Below are positions 29,171 through 34,077 of a stretch of 34,077 bases of DNA, in pieces; positions within the stretch are counted from its first letter, which is position 1, and the number at the start of each line of letters is the position of its first letter. The notes under the pieces are model-generated. The model searched no databases. It had not been told where the DNA came from and saw only the letters and a list, made by a program, of their open reading frames with translations. A program made the translations under genes and the position numbers. The stretch comes from Pseudomonadota bacterium (GTDB lineage Bacteria > Pseudomonadota > Alphaproteobacteria > MED-G09): NCBI GenBank assembly GCA_036230365.1, contig JAZAJI010000041.1:1-34077 (forward strand). Reading direction: 5' to 3'.

Positions 29171-29776
29171 TTAAGGAACTATCCACTTGCCATCTAATTT
29201 ACCGTTATTATTTTTATAATTAGCCCTTAAATGACCAGCATGGTGTAAATATAAAATCTCTATAGAATTTATATCACACAAAATAGCAGAAAAATTGTCG
29301 AACCCATTAATTCCTTCTTCATCTTCATTTTGAAACTCGATATCATTTAGTGAAGCTATCTCATTACCTGGAGATTCAATAACTCTATAACACTCGCGAC
29401 TCATAGGATACATAGCATTCCAAATATCTAGTAAAACCTCTTCTGAATTAATTAATTTTGCTTTTGCATTAATTCTTATTTGTAATTTATCCGCTCTATC
29501 ATAACTGAGTAGATTTATATTATTGTTATTTAAAATATCAGAAATTTTTTTTGATCTTTTATCCGTATGAAATCTAACTATTAGATCTTCTTTTGAAAAA
29601 TCACGTATAACCACATTACGGGTATTAGGGTTATTATTTTCATCTACTGTTACAAGATTAAAAATATGTAAGTCATCATCTCTTCCATTAATAGCATTGA
29701 TAATTTTTGTTAAAGCGTAATCTAATGCAAGATCAAGATCATCATTCTCACGAATATTCTCAAATATTTCTGACAT
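29171..29776 (-). CDS. Pyridoxamine 5'-phosphate oxidase-like FMN-binding protein
   Basis: 'PNTRNVVIRD', 'FHTDKRSKK', 'LQIRI', C-terminal 'WIVP'; TAATG coupling to phnD. Confidence 0.85.
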   Translation of the reverse strand: MSEIFENIRENDDLDLALDYALTKIINAINGRDDDLHIFNLVTVDENNNPNTRNVVIRDFSKEDLIVRFHTDKRSKKISDILNNNNINLLSYDRADKLQIRINAKAKLINSEEVLLDIWNAMYPMSRECYRVIESPGNEIASLNDIEFQNEDEEGINGFDNFSAILCDINSIEILYLHHAGHLRANYKNNNGKLDGKWIVP

Positions 29777-30705
29777 TACCGTCTTCTTTGATTTCTAATA
29801 AATTTACGAATCTCGACAACATTTTCATAATTTTTATGACTCACCTTAATAAATCCTTGGCTTTCCCCAAAAGTAATTTCCTTAAAACACTTATTATCCT
29901 TTTCCTGTAAATCAAAATTATGTTTTGTTAATTCTTCTTTAAAGTCATCAGGAAGATCTTTTCTAACAACATGTGGTCCATTCATAATAAATCCAGATAA
30001 CCAAATTACTCTTAATCGACTCATATCCAATAAACCTTTTTTGATCATATTTCTAAAAACACCTCGAGTATATCCTTCCTTTACATCTCCTTGACCTGAT
30101 ACCCAAGTGGCACCCGCATCATATTGACCATTTAATACAGCAATTACTGCTTGCTCATGCCCTCCAGCAAAACCTGTTCTACTAAAAAATTCGGAAGGTT
30201 TAAGTCCCCTTTGATGTAATTCATAAGAAGGTACAAGATATCCTGATGTGGTATTTGGATCTGACCAAGCAATAGAATTTCCTTGCATATCTTCGAGAGA
30301 GTATATATCAGAATCACTTCTTACATACATCGCTGATTTATATCCCTCGGAACCATCTGATTCTTTTACTGTTAAAACTGGCTCAACCGCCTCTGGGTCA
30401 TCAATATACATTGCAGCATATGCAGAAGGACCAACACTCGCATAATCAATAGTTTTACCTAATAATCCATGAATTATTCCAGCAACATCGGATGCAGGAT
30501 AAAATTTAACTGGAATTTGTAGTTGATCTTCGAGATAAACTCTCCAACATTCGTAATTTTTTAGTCTGTCAGCTTCATTTTCACCTCCAGAAAGTCCAAT
30601 TTTTAATTCTTTCAACTCATTTCTCCACTCATTATTTGCAAATAAGGGAAAATTAAATTGAACGAGAAGAATAATTAAAAAAATAATTGAAAACCGAAAA
30701 ATCAT
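29776..30705 (-). CDS. phnD: Phosphonate/phosphate ABC substrate-binding protein
   Basis: Signal peptide, 'GGENEADRL', 'GPSAYA', 'DPNTTSGYLVP', 'FAGGHEQAV'. Confidence 0.88.
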   Translation of the reverse strand: MIFRFSIIFLIILLVQFNFPLFANNEWRNELKELKIGLSGGENEADRLKNYECWRVYLEDQLQIPVKFYPASDVAGIIHGLLGKTIDYASVGPSAYAAMYIDDPEAVEPVLTVKESDGSEGYKSAMYVRSDSDIYSLEDMQGNSIAWSDPNTTSGYLVPSYELHQRGLKPSEFFSRTGFAGGHEQAVIAVLNGQYDAGATWVSGQGDVKEGYTRGVFRNMIKKGLLDMSRLRVIWLSGFIMNGPHVVRKDLPDDFKEELTKHNFDLQEKDNKCFKEITFGESQGFIKVSHKNYENVVEIRKFIRNQRRR

Positions 30706-30747
30706 AAAAACTCCAAAAAAATCAATTCCTTAAACAGTAAGACAGTT

Positions 30748-30779
30748 AAGTTATCAACAGTACATATACTGTATAACTT
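30748..30779. promoter_or_regulatory. Imperfect inverted repeat in the divergent phnD/receptor promoter region
   Basis: AAGTTAT-ca-ACAGTA-cata-TACTGT-ATAACTT. Confidence 0.45.
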
Positions 30780-30843
30780 GTGTAACATACATTTTATAGC
30801 TAGACTTTATAAAATATTAATAAAAAAAAGGGGGGGGAAGATA

Positions 30844-33372
30844 ATGAAATTCCTAAATCACACAACTAAATTTATTTTCTTAATGTTAGTGCCAATATTT
30901 CTAATTACTTCAATTAATGCGCAGGATCAAAGTATTGAAGAAGTTATTGTCTATGGAAAAGCAATTAAAGAAAGTCAACAAGCATCAATTGAAGCCAAAA
31001 GATCGGCACCTAATTTAGCAGAGGTTATTTCGGCTGATGCAATAGGGAGATTTCCAGATGTGAATTTATCAGACTCATTAGGTCGATTGCCTGGAATATC
31101 AATTGAAAGGGATCAAGGACAAGCAAGATATGTTAGTTTCCGTGGAACTCCAAAACGTTATACAACAACTGCATTTAACGGCATAAGTATTCCTGGCGTT
31201 GAAAATGGCCGAATTCCTAGATTTGATTCTTACCCTACTGTGATTACATCTCAAGTAGTAGCTAATAAGGCTATTACCCCTGATATGCCTGGGGAATCAA
31301 TTTCCGGATTTATTAATATTAAAACATTTAAACCTTCAGATGTAGCTGGTTGGACTTTTGCAACTGAAATTGGAATAGGTGAACAAGATCAAGGTGGTGG
31401 TGATGTCACTAAAGAGAATTTAAGGGTATCTTATTCTGACGATAATTTTGGTTTTGTTGTTTATGGCTCTAATGGTGGGGTTGAACAAATCACCGATAAT
31501 CGTGAACCTACTTATGGCGGCACGAAAGGTGCTCAAACTCCTGATAGGATTGATTTTAGAAGCTATAAGGTTGAAAGAGAAAGTGAAGCCTTTGGTGGAA
31601 CATTTGAAAGATATCTCGAAAATGGAGGTAGAATTTTTCTAACCACATTAAATACAGAATTTACAGATAGTGAAGAAAGAAATGATTTCCGTGTATATGT
31701 TAAAAATGGCACCCCAACAACTGGTTCAGGTTTTACAGGTAGTGCAAGAAGACTTTTTAATGACGCTTTATATATAAATAAAACAGAAATGACTACATTA
31801 GGAATAGAGACGCCTGTAGGTGAGTGGGATATTAGTGCTCAAGTAAGTAAAATTGATACTACTTTTGATACCTATATGCCAATCGGTTACTTTATTGGCG
31901 GTGGTCAGTTAAAAAATCTTTCTTATGATATTTCTGATCCACAAAATCCTCTTGTTAGTTTTGATGGAACCTATCGTGATGTTGATTACAGCACTAAGCT
32001 TCTTGTAGATGCAGTTGGAGGGCTTTATACCGAAACTGATCAGTTTAAAATAGATATAAGTAGAGAAAATAATAGAGGTCAATTAAAGTTTGGATTTCAA
32101 TATGATGATAGAGAAGCTACCGGTGGTGGAGCAACTCTCGCTACAATCTCAGTTTCAGGAGGATATCCCGCCGATGTATGTAACCCGAAGGATTACAGGC
32201 TTGGAGATTTTGACACCCCAAGAGATAATCAAGTTGGAGCCTTCTATACTGATAACCCTGCATTGAATGAGTGTCTAAATACTGTTCGTGGTCCTCGTTC
32301 AGATTTCCCTGATGATGAAAAAATTAATATTGAGGAAACTTTAATGTCAGCCTATATCATGCAAACATTTGATATGGAATGGGGTAATATTATTGCTGGT
32401 CTTCGTATTGAAGATACAGAATACCAAACTGTAGGCTTTCGATTAGCTACTGTCAGTGGTGATCTCGGTTATGAAAATATAGCAGCAGGTGCTAAAGAAG
32501 AATTAAATGTAAAAAGGACTTATACAAATTATTTACCAAGTGTTCACTTAAATTATGATTTGGCTGAGGATAAAAAACTTCGTCTTTCCTATTCAACAGG
32601 TATTAGCCGTCCATCATATATTGAATCAAGGGCAGCAGCTTCAATTAATACTATAGCTTCAGCAATTACAGGAGGTAATCCTTTCCTTAAAGAAGAAGAG
32701 TCATGGGGAATAGATGCAGCTTTTGAATGGTATTATGCAGAAGCAAGTCTTTTTTCTATCACGGTATTTCATCGTGAGATTGATAATGTAATTTCCGAAT
32801 CAAATGAACAAGTTGATGGAAGTCTTTATTCTGATACAGCTGAGCCTGGTGAGTTATGGGATCTTTCTGCCTTTGGGAATGGTAAAGATGGTCAACTTCA
32901 AGGTATTGAATTATCTTTTGTTGGAAGATTAGATAATTATATTGATGGGTTTTTCTCCGGATTTGGGGCATCGTTGAATATTGGTATAATAGACTCAGAA
33001 TATACAACACCTGAAGGGAAAAAATTTAAACTACCCGGTCAATCTGATACAAATTATAATGCTTCAATCTTCTATGAAGATCATGGTTTATCTGCCAGAA
33101 TAACTTATCGCTACAGAAGTGAATGGTTGGATGAAACAGAAACAGGAGCAGTATTTGGTCTTTCTGGTGTTTATTGGGCACCTCAAATGCGTCTTGATGC
33201 ATCAATAAGGTATGATCTAGAAGAATTAACTGGACAAAAAGCATCAATCTTTGTTGATCTCAATAATATTTCTGATGAATCAGATCATCGTTACTCTGGT
33301 GAATCATGGAATACAAATCAAGTAGAGTCTTTTGGAAGAGCATTTACTGCAGGAATCCGCTACGCTTTTTAA
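30844..33372 (+). CDS. TonB-dependent receptor
   Basis: Signal peptide from ATG 30844, TonB box IEEVIVYG, plug 'ISADAIGRFPDVNLSDSLGRLPGISIERDQGQARYVSFRG', 'GNPFLK', C-terminal YAF. The ORF track starts at TTG 30778. Confidence 0.93.
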   Translation: MKFLNHTTKFIFLMLVPIFLITSINAQDQSIEEVIVYGKAIKESQQASIEAKRSAPNLAEVISADAIGRFPDVNLSDSLGRLPGISIERDQGQARYVSFRGTPKRYTTTAFNGISIPGVENGRIPRFDSYPTVITSQVVANKAITPDMPGESISGFINIKTFKPSDVAGWTFATEIGIGEQDQGGGDVTKENLRVSYSDDNFGFVVYGSNGGVEQITDNREPTYGGTKGAQTPDRIDFRSYKVERESEAFGGTFERYLENGGRIFLTTLNTEFTDSEERNDFRVYVKNGTPTTGSGFTGSARRLFNDALYINKTEMTTLGIETPVGEWDISAQVSKIDTTFDTYMPIGYFIGGGQLKNLSYDISDPQNPLVSFDGTYRDVDYSTKLLVDAVGGLYTETDQFKIDISRENNRGQLKFGFQYDDREATGGGATLATISVSGGYPADVCNPKDYRLGDFDTPRDNQVGAFYTDNPALNECLNTVRGPRSDFPDDEKINIEETLMSAYIMQTFDMEWGNIIAGLRIEDTEYQTVGFRLATVSGDLGYENIAAGAKEELNVKRTYTNYLPSVHLNYDLAEDKKLRLSYSTGISRPSYIESRAAASINTIASAITGGNPFLKEEESWGIDAAFEWYYAEASLFSITVFHREIDNVISESNEQVDGSLYSDTAEPGELWDLSAFGNGKDGQLQGIELSFVGRLDNYIDGFFSGFGASLNIGIIDSEYTTPEGKKFKLPGQSDTNYNASIFYEDHGLSARITYRYRSEWLDETETGAVFGLSGVYWAPQMRLDASIRYDLEELTGQKASIFVDLNNISDESDHRYSGESWNTNQVESFGRAFTAGIRYAF

Positions 33373-33391
33373 GAGTAGTTGATACTTAACC

Positions 33392-33423
33392 AAAACCCCT
33401 ATGAATTTATTTATAGGGGTTTT
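33392..33423 (+). terminator. Rho-independent terminator-like hairpin
   Basis: AAAACCCCTAT-gaatttattt-ATAGGGGTTTT followed by ACTTT, 19 nt after the receptor stop. Confidence 0.8.
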
Positions 33424-33445
33424 ACTTTAATAAAGGAATAATAAC

Positions 33446-34077
33446 ATGAAAATTCTTAAATATATTGTCGCTATTTTAATAATAGTTTCACTTTCCTTTT
33501 TCTGGTTTGGTGAAAAAGAAATTGCATCAATAGATCGGCCAATTCCAGCAAGCTTATCTGAAAATCTTAGAGAAGATTACAGAAAATTACCATTTAGTGG
33601 TGCGCATAACTTTAGAGATTTGGGCGGTTATAAAACCGAAGATGGCAGAACTGTCAAATGGGGGAAAGTTTATCGGTCAGATAATCTTCACTCCCTAACT
33701 GATGAGGATGTTAAGTATATGGAAAGACTTAATATCAAATCCGTAGTAGATTTTCGTTCCGATGAAGAAAGAGAGGATGAGCCAGATAGATTAACACCAA
33801 ATATGACTCAAGTATTATTACCTATTCTATTTCGACCAAAGGAAATAGATGATGGTACAACAAAGGATCTTGTAAAAGATTTAACTTTTGGAAATCTTGA
33901 TGCCACAAACTTACTATATGATTTTAATATAGCCATAGTTAAACAATTCACTGAAGAATATAAAACATTTTTCCGTCATATAGTTGATAATAATGCTGAA
34001 CCTTTAGTGCTTCATTGTACTGCTGGAAAAGATAGAGCAGGTTTTGCTAGTGCAATGGTATTATCCATACTTGGAGT
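33446..34077 (+). CDS. Exported protein-tyrosine-phosphatase-family enzyme (Y_phosphatase3/IphP-like), runs off the window edge
   Basis: Not in the ORF track. Manually translated from ATG 33446 (AAGGA upstream): MKILKYIVAILIIVSLSFFWF...NFRDLGGY...VYRSD...VVDFRS...LHCTAGKDRAG, which includes the CX5R loop. Confidence 0.9.
   Translation, partial: MKILKYIVAILIIVSLSFFWFGEKEIASIDRPIPASLSENLREDYRKLPFSGAHNFRDLGGYKTEDGRTVKWGKVYRSDNLHSLTDEDVKYMERLNIKSVVDFRSDEEREDEPDRLTPNMTQVLLPILFRPKEIDDGTTKDLVKDLTFGNLDATNLLYDFNIAIVKQFTEEYKTFFRHIVDNNAEPLVLHCTAGKDRAGFASAMVLSILG

Noticed and set aside
30757-30772. SOS (LexA) box
   Set aside because: The sequence is ACAG-N8-CTGT, the inverse of CTGT-N8-ACAG, and the flanking genes are not SOS-type.
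1910-33247. Numerous short ORF-track entries (60-123 aa) nested in or antisense to long genes, e.g. 1910-2158, 3227-3511, 19139-19462, 22736-22975, 32759-33010
   Set aside because: They are shadow frames of well-supported CDS and carry no recognisable motifs.
24562-34077. Genomic island integrated at tRNA-His
   Set aside because: No integrase and no second copy of the tRNA 3' end were noticed in the window, and the downstream genes are ordinary metabolic genes.

Overview
AT-rich, densely packed bacterial chromosome segment with about 30 CDS and one tRNA. It most likely comes from a streamlined marine Alphaproteobacterium, inferred from a tRNA-His with G1:U72/A73, a SAM-II riboswitch, a DUF6324-like gene and the psd-pssA pair. 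In order: a XylA-like reductase (partial) and a XylM/AlkB-like membrane di-iron monooxygenase, divergent from metF-metH-M48 peptidase-lldD; a minus-strand block with MFS, SDR, GPH symporter, Rieske oxygenase and alpha/beta hydrolase genes; a five-gene Lol-like export operon with an outer-membrane barrel; a His-rich ZnuD-like TonB-dependent receptor; psd-pssA; tRNA-His; Dcp peptidase, thioesterase and serine hydrolase genes; and an orphan phnD divergent from a TonB-dependent receptor plus a secreted PTP-like phosphatase (partial). Two cis-regulatory systems read from the raw sequence stand out. (1) A near-perfect SAM-II riboswitch points at the XylM/AlkB-like monooxygenase rather than at metF/metH, suggesting the oxygenase serves methionine, sulfur or methyl supply. 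(2) A CxxC- and RAPP-containing leader peptide has Pro-Pro codons that base-pair with the Shine-Dalgarno of the zinc-type receptor, suggesting a metal-sensing ribosome-stalling switch. No mobile element, integrase or CRISPR array was seen. All family assignments come from recognised motifs, not database searches.
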